Below, piece by piece: positions 42,259 to 52,551 of a DNA stretch of 64,000 nucleotides; position 1 is the first letter of the stretch, and each line of letters begins with the position of its first letter. The stretch is from an uncultured Acidobacteriota bacterium (lineage in GTDB: Bacteria; Actinomycetota; Acidimicrobiia; Spongiisociales; ZC4RG35), in NCBI GenBank assembly GCA_963789135.1, contig CAWBJJ010000008.1:15720-79719 (forward strand), given 5' to 3'. The notes below the pieces were generated by a model. That model was not told where the DNA came from. It did no database searches and worked only from the letters and a program-made list of their open reading frames with translations. A program made the position numbers and the translations under genes.

Positions 42259-42821
42259 CGGGCCGCTCCCGCCCGTCGGTCGCGATCCACTCTTCGCGGT
42301 CAACCCCCAGGCCGTCGGCGACCCTATTGATGTAGTTGAAGTAGGCGACCACCTGGACCGCACTCGATATCGCCGCGTCGTCGAACCCGTGGCCCCTCAG
42401 GGTCGCGATCTCCGATTCGTCGACCGTGGCGTTCGCCCAGGTCAGCTTCTGGGCGAAGGCGACCAGACGCGCGATCGGCATCGTCCATGTCCGCCGTCTT
42501 CCAGTCGTCCATGATCCGGTCGACCATCAACTGGTCCTCGACCTCATCTCGGTAGTCGTGCCAGTGGGCGATGGTGCAATAGCGCGTGGAGTTTGCGCTG
42601 GAAGTCACCGCAGCCAGCAGCTCCCGCTGGGCCCGCGTCAACGGAGAGGGCCCGAACATGACCTCCCGGTAGAGGCGCATCGATTCCCTGAGCACTGCGG
42701 GAAGCTGGCCCTGTACCGAGACGATGTTCCAGATCCGACCGGCCCGGCCGATGGCGGCGTCGTACTCTTCTTTGAGGACTCCGGTCGCCTCGTCGTAGGG
42801 GATGACTGGGACGTGTGCCAT
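42251..42821 (-). pseudogene. carboxymuconolactone decarboxylase (CMD/AhpD-like, peroxidase-related) family protein, single frameshift
   Basis: ...PLTRAQRELLAAVTSSANSTRYCTIAHW... in frame of 42821; C-terminus ...LVAFAQKLTWANATVDESEIATLRGHGFDDAAISSAVQVVAYFNYINRVADGLGV in frame of 42251..42481; deleting one T near 42468 restores DWKTADMDDADRA-LVAFAQKLT. Confidence 0.65.
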
Positions 42822-42824
42822 CTG

Positions 42825-44174
42825 TCAGCCCGCCAGGAAGAGCGCCGGCTCTTCCAGATTCTCGATCACCATGGCCATGAACCTCCTACCTTGGGCTCCG
42901 TCGATCACCCGGTGATCGTAGGAGAGCGAAAGCGGCATCAAGGGGGCGATGTCCAACTCGCCGTCGACCGCCACGACCTTCTCCTTGGCCCGTCCAATGG
43001 AGAGGATCGAGGTCGTCCCGTAAGGCACGATCGGGGTCCCGTGACCGCCGCCCACAGCACCGATGTTGGTGACCGTGAAGGTCTGGCCGCTCAGCTCGTC
43101 AGGAGCCAGCGATCGTGATTTGGCCCCATCCCCGAGACGTCGCACCTCGGCGGCCAACTCGAGCACGCCCTTGGAGTCGGCGTCGTCGATGACCGCCACC
43201 AAGAGCCCGTCGGGGGTATCGACGGCGATGCCGATGTCGTGAGAGGCGTGAACCACGAGCTCGTCACCGTCGATGGTGGCGTTGAACTCGGGGAATGCCA
43301 CGAGTGCCGGTATCACCGCCTTGATCACCAGCGCCTCGATCGGGATCTTCGAGTCGTGTCGGGCACCCAGGGCAGATCTGACTTCGAGGAGTCGGCTGGC
43401 GTTGACGTCGTCGAACGTGGTCACGTGAGGGATCTCCGCCCAGCTCTTCGCCATGTTGGCGGCGATGGTGCGGCGGAGCCGGGACATGGGCCGGCGCTCG
43501 TCTCCCACGGCCGCTGATTCGGGCTCGGGCTCCGGCTCGGATTCCAACTCTGGCTCCGGCTCCGGCTCGGGAACAGATTCAGGTCGCGCCTCGGGTTCGG
43601 GCTCGTGATCAGATTCAGGTTGCGCCTCGGGCTGCGCGCTCGGGAACAGATTCAGGTCGCGCCTTGGCCTCGGGCTCGGGCTTCGGGAGAAGCCGATGCC
43701 CCTTCGGCTGCCGCCAGGACGTCTTCGCGTGTGATCCGGCCGTCGGCACCGCTCGCGGTGACCGCAGCCAGGTCGATGCCCATTTCGCGGGCCAGCTTGC
43801 GCACCAGGGGCAGGGCCTTGACAGCCCCGGCATCTGTCGACACGGCCTCGGAACGATCGCCGAGCTCTTCGGCCTCCTCGCTCAGGGTTCCCACGATGGG
43901 GGCAGCGGAAGCCGTCGCCGGGAGCTTCGACCTCACCCGGCTCGCCGATCACCACCAGGACCGAGCCGACGGCAATCGTCTCCCCTTCGGCTCCTCCGTG
44001 ACGGAGCACGATCCCGGCATATGGAGAAGGGATCTCGACCACAGCCTTGTCGGTCTCCACCTCGACCACCGGTTGGTCGGCTTCGACCCGCTCCCCCTCG
44101 GGGATGAGCCAGCGCACTATCTCAGCCTCGGTCAAGCCCTCGCCGATGTCGGGCAGCCTGAATTCTTTGGGCAA
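42825..44174 (-). pseudogene. bkdC: branched-chain alpha-keto acid dehydrogenase E2 (dihydrolipoamide acyltransferase), three frameshifts in linker regions
   Basis: lipoyl domain (VETDKAVVEIPSPYAGIV) and catalytic domain (…HDIGIAVDTPDGL…SYDHRVIDGA) share one frame; peripheral subunit-binding domain [31 protein letters not shown] is in another (43652..43936); shifts near 43907-43915, 43668-43680, 43622-43631. Confidence 0.75.
43561..43670. repeat. three tandem ~36-37 bp repeats inside E2 linker coding region
   Basis: GAACAGATTCAGGTCGCGCCTCGG (43561), GATCAGATTCAGGTTGCGCCTCGG (43597), GAACAGATTCAGGTCGCGCCTTGG (43634); encode PEA(R/K)PESVPEP-type linker repeats; units 2 and 3 are 37 nt. Confidence 0.6.
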
Positions 44175-45152
44175 CTAGTCCTCCAACGTCTTCTCTGCCG
44201 CCTGCATGATCCGGTCGACGCTGGGAAGGTAATGACCCTCGGACCGCTTCAGGGGAAAGACAGTGTCCCACCCGGTCACCCGGCGCACCGGAGCCAACAG
44301 CGAATAGAAGGCCTGCTCCTGGATCGAGGCCGCGATCTCGCCGCCAAGGCCACCGGTGCGGGGAGCCTCATGGATGACCACCACCCTCCCCGTTTTCTGG
44401 GCCGAGGCCACGATTCCGGTCATGTCCAGCGGGGAAAGCGTCTGCACGTCGAGGACCTCCACCGAAACCCCACCGTCTTCGAGCACAGCGGCTGCTGCGC
44501 GGGTCTCCTTCATCATCGCCCCCCATGAGATCAGGGTGATGTCCTTGCCCTGCCGCTCCACGCGGACCGGCCCGATCTCGGTCGTGTAGTAGATGTCCGG
44601 GACCTCTTCCTTGACCGCCCGATAGAGCCGGATCGGCTCCAGGAACACCACCGGGTCGGGGTCTTCGATGGCGGCGAGCAGCAGGCCACGGGCGTTGTGA
44701 GGAGTAGAAGGGACGACCACCTTGAGCCCGGGGATGTGGGAGTAGATGGCCTCGGTCGACTCGGAGTGATGCTCGGCGGCGCCGATCCCGCCACCAAAGG
44801 GGATCCGGATCACCAACGGCGCGGTGAATCGATGGTCCGAGCGGTTACGGATCCGAGCGACGTGGTTGATGATCTGGTCGTAGGCCGGATAGGAGAAACC
44901 GAGGAACTGGATCTCGGCGACCGGTCGCAGCCCGGCAATCGCCATCCCGAAAGCTGCGCCGACGATGCCCGACTCGGCGACCGGGGTGTCATACACCCGC
45001 GACGCGCCGTATTTCTCCATGAGCCCGTCGGTGATCCGGAAGACCCCACCGGTGCGCCCGATGTCCTCGCCGAGGAGCACCACCCTCTGATCGGATTCGA
45101 GAGCGGTGTCCAGGGCTCCGTTCAGAGCCTGGGCCAGGGTGACCACGCTCAT
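44175..45152 (-). CDS. bkdB: alpha-keto acid dehydrogenase E1 component beta subunit
   Basis: MSVVTLAQALNGALD...transketolase-like pyrimidine-binding and C-terminal domains; ATGA overlap with E1 alpha. Confidence 0.9.
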   Translation of the reverse strand: MSVVTLAQALNGALDTALESDQRVVLLGEDIGRTGGVFRITDGLMEKYGASRVYDTPVAESGIVGAAFGMAIAGLRPVAEIQFLGFSYPAYDQIINHVARIRNRSDHRFTAPLVIRIPFGGGIGAAEHHSESTEAIYSHIPGLKVVVPSTPHNARGLLLAAIEDPDPVVFLEPIRLYRAVKEEVPDIYYTTEIGPVRVERQGKDITLISWGAMMKETRAAAAVLEDGGVSVEVLDVQTLSPLDMTGIVASAQKTGRVVVIHEAPRTGGLGGEIAASIQEQAFYSLLAPVRRVTGWDTVFPLKRSEGHYLPSVDRIMQAAEKTLED

Positions 45153-46168
45153 GTCGAGGCCTCCCCGAGTTGGGAGCGCAGGGGCGTGGTGGGCTCGGAA
45201 TACATCCGGGCGAACATCTCGTCGATCGTCGGCTGCGGGTAGGCCTCGGCCCGAGCCACAGCCTCTTCGATGACCGCGGAAGCCTTCTGCTCCAGCTCCT
45301 CCTGCCATTCGGGGGTCCAGCCCCTCGCCTTCTCGAGGAGGACCCGGATCCGGATCATTGGGTCCTTCTCCCGCCACTGCTCGGCTATCGACTCGTCGCG
45401 GTATCGGCCAGGGTCGTCCGAAGTGGTGTGCGGGCCCAGGCGATAGGTGACCGCTTCGATCAGGGCCGGCCCCCCGCCCTTCCGCGCCGACTCCACAGCC
45501 TCGCGCACCGCGACCAGGACCGCGGCCACGTCGTTGCCGTCCACCTCGACCCCGGTCATCCCATAGCTGTCCGCCTTGCCTGCGATCGATGACGATCGGG
45601 TCTGCTCCGAGCGGGGATAGGAGATGGCGAACTGGTTGTTCTGGCAGAAGAAGACGGTGGGGGTGTCGAATACCGCGGCGAAGTTCATCGCCTCGTGGAA
45701 GTCGCCCTCCGAGGTGGCCCCGTCGCCAAAGGAGGTCAGAGCGACGCGGTCGCTGCCCTGGAGGCGCTCTGCCCACGCCAGCCCGACGGCATGGATCATG
45801 TGCCCGCCTACGGTGATGGACGGGGGAAGGACGTTGACCCCTTCTGGGGCCTTGCCACCCCGCTCGTCACCGGTCCGCCCTGCGATCAGCAGCTCCCAGG
45901 GATACCCGGCCCGCCACATGAGCGCAGCGTCGCGGTAGGTCCCAGCGACCCAGTCGTCGGCGCGAAGGGCCGCCGCCGCCCCGATCTGGGCGGCTTCCTG
46001 GCCTTCGAACGGGGCGTAGGTGGCAAGCCGGCCCTGGCGTTGCATCGCCATGCACTTCTGGTCGTAGGTGCGGGCCTCGACCATGTCGGCGTAGAGCCCG
46101 CGCATCTCCTCGAGGGTTATCGGGAGTCGATCCCGAACCGACCCGTCAGGATTGATCAGGCTGAACAT
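45149..46168 (-). CDS. bkdA: alpha-keto acid dehydrogenase E1 component alpha subunit (TPP-dependent)
   Basis: ...SFGDGATSEGDFHEAMNFAAV... TPP-binding GDG-x25-N motif. Confidence 0.9.
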   Translation of the reverse strand: MFSLINPDGSVRDRLPITLEEMRGLYADMVEARTYDQKCMAMQRQGRLATYAPFEGQEAAQIGAAAALRADDWVAGTYRDAALMWRAGYPWELLIAGRTGDERGGKAPEGVNVLPPSITVGGHMIHAVGLAWAERLQGSDRVALTSFGDGATSEGDFHEAMNFAAVFDTPTVFFCQNNQFAISYPRSEQTRSSSIAGKADSYGMTGVEVDGNDVAAVLVAVREAVESARKGGGPALIEAVTYRLGPHTTSDDPGRYRDESIAEQWREKDPMIRIRVLLEKARGWTPEWQEELEQKASAVIEEAVARAEAYPQPTIDEMFARMYSEPTTPLRSQLGEAST

Positions 46169-46226
46169 TCGGCGGCGAGACTATCGGTCGATCGCTGGAT
46201 GGAGAAGGCCGGGAACCAGCCGACCC

Positions 46227-47012
46227 TCAGATCGAAGCCGGCCTTTGCTCCGGGGCCGGAGCCGGAGTTGGGCCGCTGCGAAGGCTGTACAGACCCACGG
46301 CTGTCGACACCAGCAGGGCGCCGAGCCCCCAGACCAGGCCCCATGCCGCGGCGAGGGCAACCGTGGCGACGGCGGCCTGGACCCCGAACATCACCAACCG
46401 GGATGCAGGCTCGAGGTCGGTGAGACGACGGTGGAGTGAGTGCAGGTTCTCGATGCTGGTCGCCCCGGACCCGAGGAATATCGCGAGGCCGCGCACGGTG
46501 CCGAAGACGACCCCGAGCAGGATCGCCTGGGCCGGCGAGCCGCTGAGGATGGCGATCAGGACCGTGACGTAGACCGCGGTGGTGACGATGTAAGTGGCGA
46601 GGCCGACGCCGATCTGCCATCCAAAGCCGGTCCCGTAGACCCAGGCCCGGTAGTTGTCGAGCCAGAACCGGTCGACCTGACGTCCGTGCCGGGGCAGCTG
46701 GAACCCTCCCACCCCGAGATCCGAGAAGACGCTGACCACGGTGAACAGCCCGGCGATTGCAAGAGCGACTTCAGGTGCGAGATCGGCCATCCCCACCGGG
46801 ATCGCGATCAGGGCGGCCACACCACCCAGTGTCAGCCCTCCGGCGAGCGCCCCGATCAGGTACCAGGGCACCGTGGCCCAGTAACTGCGGTTGCGGCCAC
46901 GCTCGGTCACCGGGGTGATGGTTGAGAGCATCGACAGCCCGCACGGCGACCAGGTGGAGCGGGCGGCGGCGGCGACGGCGACGACGAGACCGAGGGTGAG
47001 GAGGAGGCTCAT
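46227..47012 (-). CDS. hypothetical integral membrane protein
   Basis: 261 aa, ~8 TM helices; WSPCG motif near N-terminus; no confident family assignment. Confidence 0.5.
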   Translation of the reverse strand: MSLLLTLGLVVAVAAAARSTWSPCGLSMLSTITPVTERGRNRSYWATVPWYLIGALAGGLTLGGVAALIAIPVGMADLAPEVALAIAGLFTVVSVFSDLGVGGFQLPRHGRQVDRFWLDNYRAWVYGTGFGWQIGVGLATYIVTTAVYVTVLIAILSGSPAQAILLGVVFGTVRGLAIFLGSGATSIENLHSLHRRLTDLEPASRLVMFGVQAAVATVALAAAWGLVWGLGALLVSTAVGLYSLRSGPTPAPAPEQRPASI

Positions 47013-47097
47013 GAAGTCGTGGGGCTGCTTCGCATTTGGGGCGGGCGGCCAAAACTACCACAGGTCACGGATTGGCCCTACCCACCGCAGGGCCCGA

Positions 47098-49374
47098 TCA
47101 GACCTCGACCTGCTGCCGGGCCAGCACCTCTTCCAACTCTTCGACCGTCATCAGCACCTCGCGTGCCTTGCTCCCCTGCGACGGACCGACGACGCCCTGG
47201 CGCTCCAACATGTCCATCATCCGGCCTGCCCGGGCGAACCCGATGCGGAGCTTGCGCTGCAGCATCGATGTGGAGCCCAACTGGCTGCGCACCACCATCT
47301 CCATCGCCTCCCGGGCGAGGGCGGCGTCCTCGGCATCTTCTTCTTCGACCTGGGCGGCCGCCGCCGAAGCGGCAGCCACCTCGAGTACTTCCTGGTCCTT
47401 GTAGACCGCGTCCTGCTGCTTACGGACCCACTCGACGATGGCCTGGACCTCGCTCTCCCGGACCCAGGCCCCCTGGATCCGCTGGGCGCGGGGCTCCTTG
47501 GCGGTGACCACCAGCATGTCGCCCATCCCCACAAGCTTCTCGGCACCGGACCCGTCGAGGATCACCCTGCTGTCGGTCTGCGAGGCGACGCTGAATGCGA
47601 GGCGGCTCGGGATGTTGGCCTTGATCACACCGGTGATCACGTCGACAGATGGGCGCTGGGTGGCGATCACGAGGTGGATCCCGACGGCGCGGGCCATCTG
47701 GGCGATCCGGACCACCGACTCCTCGACCTCCCGCCCGGCAACCATCATCAGGTCGTTGAGCTCGTCGATGATGATCACGATGTAGGGGAAGCGATCGAAG
47801 CCATCGGGGTCGAGCCCGCCGATATCGAGCTTCTCCCGGTATCCCTCGATGTCGCGGACCTTGGCGTCGGCCAGCAGGTCATAGCGGCGGTCCATTTCGG
47901 CGACCGCCCACTTCAGGGCGTCGTTGGCCTTCTTGGGGTTGGTGATGACCTTGGTGAGGAGATGGGGAACCCCGTTGTACTGGCCCAGCTCCACTCGCTT
48001 CGGGTCGACCATGATCAGCCGCACGTCATCGGGATGGGTGCGCATCAACAGGGACGTGACGATCGAGTTGATGCACGACGACTTGCCGGCCCCGGTGGCC
48101 CCGGCGATGAGGACATGGGGCAGCTCGGAGAGGTTGAGCAGCTTGGAGTCCCCGGAGATGTCCATGCCCAGGCCCACGGTCAAGGGATGGGCCGGGATCG
48201 CCGCCTCCGGACTGGAGAGGATGTCGCCCAGTGAGACCAGCCTCCGCTTGTTGTTGGGAACTTCGACTCCGATCGCCGACTTCCCGGGGATGGGAACCAG
48301 GAGACGGACGTCTGGCGTGGCCAACGCGTAGGCGATGTCGTGGGACAGGCTCGACACTCGATTCACCTTGACTCCGGGCGCCAGTTCCACCTCGTATCTG
48401 GTCACGGTGGGGCCGGGGACGATCTTGGTCAGGGCGGCGTCGACACCGTGCTGGGTCAGGGTCTCCTCCAGCTGACGGGCGGTTTCCTCGAGCGAGCGTC
48501 GGTTCACCTCTCCGCCGGTGCCGGCATCGAGGAGGCTGAGCGGCGGGAGCCGGTAGCCGGTGGTGGTGAGATCTACGACCACAGGCTTCTTCACCGGCAG
48601 CGCCGCAGTGGCCGGCTTATCTGTCTTGGGACGGGACGGCTTGGGACGCTCGTGCCGGCCCTTGGCCGGGCCGTCCACCGTCATCGGGCCGATCGCGACA
48701 TGAGCCGGTGCCTTGGGCTTGGGCGTTGGTGAAGTCAATGCCTTCGCAGCCTCCCGGAACGATCGGAACGCGCCACTCACTCCAAGGAACAACTCACGAA
48801 CGCTGGTGTGGGTGGCAACGAGGACCCCCATCGCCATCATCGACACCAGGACGACAAACGCACCCCAGTGCCCGAGGACGCGGCGCAACGGGAACGCGAG
48901 CAACGATCCGACGGCGCCGCCCCTCTCCTTGACCAGTTCGATGTTGGGCATGAGGGCGACCGCCCCGGTGAGCAGATGGAACAACGCCAGTGAGCCGATG
49001 AAGGCGGCGATGCTCCCCGCGACCAGGCGACGTGCGCCTTCCCGGGGCTTTCCGGTGATCAGTGCGAGCCCGACGCCGATCAGGGCAAGCGGCACCGCAT
49101 ATCGCCAGACGCCAAAGAGGAACAAGCTCGCAGTCTCGATGCCTTCTCCAAACGGGCCCGCCAGATCGACGAACGCCAGGATGATCAAGATGGCGATGAC
49201 TATGAGGAACAGGCCCCAGACGTCATCGGTCTGGCGACCCAGAGTTGTCCGAACGTATTCACGACCCGCCACCAGCTTCTGGCGGAACGTGCCCTTCTTC
49301 GGCTTGGTCTTTTTCGCTGTGGACACCCGTCTCCGCCCGGAGGAACCCTTCCGGGTGGGTGTCCTTGTTGGCAT
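47098..49374 (-). CDS. ftsK: DNA translocase FtsK/SpoIIIE
   Basis: N-terminal TM segments, linker, motor domain with Walker A GATGAGKS and Walker B IIIDE, C-terminal gamma wHTH; 758 aa. Confidence 0.9.
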   Translation of the reverse strand: MPTRTPTRKGSSGRRRVSTAKKTKPKKGTFRQKLVAGREYVRTTLGRQTDDVWGLFLIVIAILIILAFVDLAGPFGEGIETASLFLFGVWRYAVPLALIGVGLALITGKPREGARRLVAGSIAAFIGSLALFHLLTGAVALMPNIELVKERGGAVGSLLAFPLRRVLGHWGAFVVLVSMMAMGVLVATHTSVRELFLGVSGAFRSFREAAKALTSPTPKPKAPAHVAIGPMTVDGPAKGRHERPKPSRPKTDKPATAALPVKKPVVVDLTTTGYRLPPLSLLDAGTGGEVNRRSLEETARQLEETLTQHGVDAALTKIVPGPTVTRYEVELAPGVKVNRVSSLSHDIAYALATPDVRLLVPIPGKSAIGVEVPNNKRRLVSLGDILSSPEAAIPAHPLTVGLGMDISGDSKLLNLSELPHVLIAGATGAGKSSCINSIVTSLLMRTHPDDVRLIMVDPKRVELGQYNGVPHLLTKVITNPKKANDALKWAVAEMDRRYDLLADAKVRDIEGYREKLDIGGLDPDGFDRFPYIVIIIDELNDLMMVAGREVEESVVRIAQMARAVGIHLVIATQRPSVDVITGVIKANIPSRLAFSVASQTDSRVILDGSGAEKLVGMGDMLVVTAKEPRAQRIQGAWVRESEVQAIVEWVRKQQDAVYKDQEVLEVAAASAAAAQVEEEDAEDAALAREAMEMVVRSQLGSTSMLQRKLRIGFARAGRMMDMLERQGVVGPSQGSKAREVLMTVEELEEVLARQQVEV

Positions 49375-49436
49375 GTAGCTGAAAACAATACATCGCCATT
49401 GGCTTTGGCTAATGGCATGCGATTCAGGGACAGCGA

Positions 49437-49967
49437 TCAGGGGCGGAGAATGGTGATCCCGCCTCCCGCTGCGATCACCGACGAAGCCAGGTGCCCGGTC
49501 CCGCCCGGCCCGTCACCGCCCTTCCCGTCCCAGAGGAATATGCCCTGCAGCCTGCCTCCTGCCTGCCTCGCCTCGGTCAGCATCCTCTCCGAGTTGAGGG
49601 TGTGCGGGTCATCCGCTCCGAACATGTCAGGGCTGGGGCCGACCACCTCGACCCGTTGGTCGTTGATGACCATGTAGAACGACTTCACCCATTCCTCACC
49701 GGCGAAGCGGACGGATTCCTCGAGGAATTCCTCCTGACCTCGGGGCAGGAAAGCGGAGAGCCTGCGATCGCTCTTCAGCCACTCCTCGGCGAATAGGAGG
49801 TCTCCCCCGCAGGCGAGCCCCGTGATAGCGCTCACGTCAGGGCCATCGATGAGCCAGATGGCGTCGGCGATGTCCCGCCTCACCTGATGCACTCGCTCCG
49901 GCGGGAAGCGCGGGGGTTGACGGCCGGGAGCATCGACCATGTGCCCGGCAAATAGGACCACCTCCAC
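49437..49967 (-). CDS. LOG/SLOG-like Rossmann-fold protein (predicted nucleotide-binding/processing)
   Basis: VVLFAGHMVD strand + ITGLACGGDLLFAEE Gly-rich loop + C-terminal DGPGGTGHL resembling LOG-family PGGxGT motif; assignment by pattern only. Confidence 0.4.
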   Translation of the reverse strand: MEVVLFAGHMVDAPGRQPPRFPPERVHQVRRDIADAIWLIDGPDVSAITGLACGGDLLFAEEWLKSDRRLSAFLPRGQEEFLEESVRFAGEEWVKSFYMVINDQRVEVVGPSPDMFGADDPHTLNSERMLTEARQAGGRLQGIFLWDGKGGDGPGGTGHLASSVIAAGGGITILRP

Positions 49968-49987
49968 TTCCGAATCGTACGGGTGTT

Positions 49988-51562
49988 TCAGTGGCGAGCG
50001 GCCTTGTGACGCCCGTACTCCTCGCGGATCGCCTTGATCGTGATCCCCTCGTTGGCCTGGTAGGTCGCCGACGGGTCATCGAGCCGGCGCATCTTGGCGT
50101 CCCCGGCGTGGTGCACCGCCATCAGCTGCCATGCCTGGTTGAAGACAGGGCTTCCCGAGCTGCCGCCCTCGGTCGGGGCGGTGTAATGCACCCGAAAGCT
50201 CTCCGCGTCATAGGCGAGGAGGTCGTTGCCCCGAATTGAGAACTTGAGCCCTCCCCCGGCCGGGTGGCCGATCACATAGACGTACGCCCCTTCGGTGACC
50301 GGCTGGGGGACCTGGGCGACCTCTATAGGCTGGGTGATGGCCGCCTCGGGCCCCGGGAAGCTGAGGAACGTGACGTCGCAGGTCTCGGGCGGCGAACTCC
50401 AGACGCACTCCATCCCCGTGAGCACGAGATCGGCCCCGTCGACCGACTTGGTCACATCGAAAACGGCCTGGGCCTCGCCAGGGAGCAACTTGCCCACTCC
50501 GGGCTCGGGGCTGCAGACGTGGGCATTGGTGATGAGGATCGGCGACTCCCCGAGCTCGGGATCGAGCAAGGAGCCGCGGACCAGGAAGCCGGTCCCCCAG
50601 GGCTCACCGGAAGCGTCGGTGATCTTGGCCACCGACTCGGCGCACTGCAGCCCTCTCAGCAGGTGGTTGTAGCCCACAGGCAGTGCGGTCCCGAAGATCT
50701 TCTCCAACTGGCCCGGCGAAGTGGGCAACTCGACCTGCGCTGCCCCTCCCAGCTGAAGCTGGCTGTCGGCCATGGCCACCAGGATCGGGTGATGGGGCTC
50801 GAGCTCCCAGATGTCGACCAACTGGCGACGGAGGCTCCGCATCTCGAACGAGGTGACACTGCGACTGGTCGAGAGCTGTTCGGCCGCCGCCACCGCTTCC
50901 TTCTCGGCACCCTCGTCACCGAGAGCGACCAGCGCTTCGATCTCGGTGCTCCGGTCCCACACCGAGCGCAGTTCGGGGTCCTTGTCGCGGGCCAGGCCCA
51001 GGACCTCTCTGGTCAAGGTTGTTGTGTCGACCGCGTCCGACAGTTCGATGCCGTCGCGCTTCGCCCGGCAGGTCAATGCGAGGAGGTTCACGCCATGCCA
51101 GGCGGGGTCGGTGCCACCCTCGTAGCCGGCGCGATAAGCATCGATAGCGCCTACCAAGTCCTCGGAACGGCCCCCGTCGACGAAACGCTCCTTTCGGAGC
51201 CGGCCCATCAGCCCGAGCACCTCGCCCTTCGCCGTGTCGTCGTCGATCGACAGCAAGGACTCGGCGAGCGCCAGGTCGGCGGCGTGAAACGCCCCGATCT
51301 CGATCAACGCCTGGCAATAGCGGCGGCGGGCACCGGCGCCGACCGCCCCCACCGCCAGTGCGGCCTCCCCGACGTCGATGACGTGGTTGAACTCACGCCT
51401 CTTCTCGAGCAAGGCCATGACCTCACCAGCATCTTCCGGGGTGACCGATCCTTCCCACACCTTGGCCCGGACGTCGTCGACCGCGGCCGAGAGGTCTTCG
51501 GGCTTGCCCGAATCGAGGCTGGCTTGAAGCCGCTCACCCAGCGGCGAGTCGAGAAGACCCAT
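49988..51562 (-). CDS. TPR-like helical N-domain fused to trypsin-like (S1) serine peptidase
   Basis: C-terminal ...GTGFLVRG...ITNAHV (His)...GADLVL (Asp)...GGSSGSPVF (Ser); ~290-aa alpha-helical repeat N-terminus. Confidence 0.7.
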   Translation of the reverse strand: MGLLDSPLGERLQASLDSGKPEDLSAAVDDVRAKVWEGSVTPEDAGEVMALLEKRREFNHVIDVGEAALAVGAVGAGARRRYCQALIEIGAFHAADLALAESLLSIDDDTAKGEVLGLMGRLRKERFVDGGRSEDLVGAIDAYRAGYEGGTDPAWHGVNLLALTCRAKRDGIELSDAVDTTTLTREVLGLARDKDPELRSVWDRSTEIEALVALGDEGAEKEAVAAAEQLSTSRSVTSFEMRSLRRQLVDIWELEPHHPILVAMADSQLQLGGAAQVELPTSPGQLEKIFGTALPVGYNHLLRGLQCAESVAKITDASGEPWGTGFLVRGSLLDPELGESPILITNAHVCSPEPGVGKLLPGEAQAVFDVTKSVDGADLVLTGMECVWSSPPETCDVTFLSFPGPEAAITQPIEVAQVPQPVTEGAYVYVIGHPAGGGLKFSIRGNDLLAYDAESFRVHYTAPTEGGSSGSPVFNQAWQLMAVHHAGDAKMRRLDDPSATYQANEGITIKAIREEYGRHKAARH

Positions 51563-51567
51563 GCGTG

Positions 51568-52536
51568 TCAGATACCGAGGCCCTGGCGGACCGCTGCCTG
51601 CACCACCTGCTGCCGGAAGTACTTCCCGGACGGATGCCGGAATGCACCTCCGTTCGACACCACCTCGTCGACCACCTCAGGCTGCCGCTTGCGCTTGTAG
51701 TCGTTGGCGAGAAGCGGGTCGGCGGCGCATACCGGGTCGAGGCGGTCGACCACATTGACCCAGCGCGGAAGCTCGTCGGGAAAGCCGTCGTCCTTCGACC
51801 ATTCCGGCTTCAGGTTGTGCTGGACCTCGGACAGCCCCAGTGGTGTGCCGAGCGTGATCAGCATGTCGACCTTCTTGGTGTCGGCCACGCGCTTCAGGCA
51901 GTCATAGGCGATCACCGAACCAAGACTGTGGGCGACCACGACGTGGGGGCTGCCGTCGATCTCGCCGAGGTCGCCGACGAAGCGCTTCCGGACCTCGTCG
52001 CGGACCTTGAAATTGGCCCCGGCTCGCGGTGAGTGGCTGGAGTTGAACAGGTAGTGGTGGACGTCACGGAGCAGCACCCGCATCATCGGCCTCTTGATGA
52101 ACCAGGGAAGCGGCACCGCCTCCAGTGCCGAGGCCGCGGCCACGCGGGCTTGGGCCGCGACCGGAGGGTCTTGACCGCCGGCCTCGACAGGATGGGTCGC
52201 CTGCTCGATGTCGTCGGGGTGGTCGAGGTCGAGGTCCGAGATCATCGACTCGATGAAGGCCTTCTCCTCACCGCTGGCCGAGTCGATGTAGGACTCGTCG
52301 ACCTCAGTCAGGGCACCGGGCTCGACTCCCTCGTATTCGATCGACTCCTGAGCGCCAGGGGCATCGGTGGCCGCCGCGTACATCACATCCGCCCAATACA
52401 CCATGGATGAAGTCACCCCGTAGACGTCGAGATCGACACCGTCACCACCGTCGGCGAGATCCCGCTTCCAGGAGCTGAGCAAGCGAGCCGGCGAAGGCTG
52501 GTTCATGATGCCGTGAACGAAGGTGATGTGGCCCAT
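51568..52536 (-). CDS. alpha/beta-hydrolase fold esterase/lipase (DUF676/PGAP1-like)
   Basis: ITFVHGIMN (oxyanion HG), VVVAHSLGS (GxSxG nucleophile elbow), ITLGTPLG; long acidic insert; GAGGAGG SD. Confidence 0.65.
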   Translation of the reverse strand: MGHITFVHGIMNQPSPARLLSSWKRDLADGGDGVDLDVYGVTSSMVYWADVMYAAATDAPGAQESIEYEGVEPGALTEVDESYIDSASGEEKAFIESMISDLDLDHPDDIEQATHPVEAGGQDPPVAAQARVAAASALEAVPLPWFIKRPMMRVLLRDVHHYLFNSSHSPRAGANFKVRDEVRKRFVGDLGEIDGSPHVVVAHSLGSVIAYDCLKRVADTKKVDMLITLGTPLGLSEVQHNLKPEWSKDDGFPDELPRWVNVVDRLDPVCAADPLLANDYKRKRQPEVVDEVVSNGGAFRHPSGKYFRQQVVQAAVRQGLGI

Positions 52537-52551
52537 CGAGTCCCTCCTCTT

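Noticed and set aside
46891-48234. 447-aa plus ORF antisense to ftsK, and 45695..46423 antisense to E1 alpha
   Set aside because: Composition-driven ORFs with no motifs; the opposite strand carries conserved genes.
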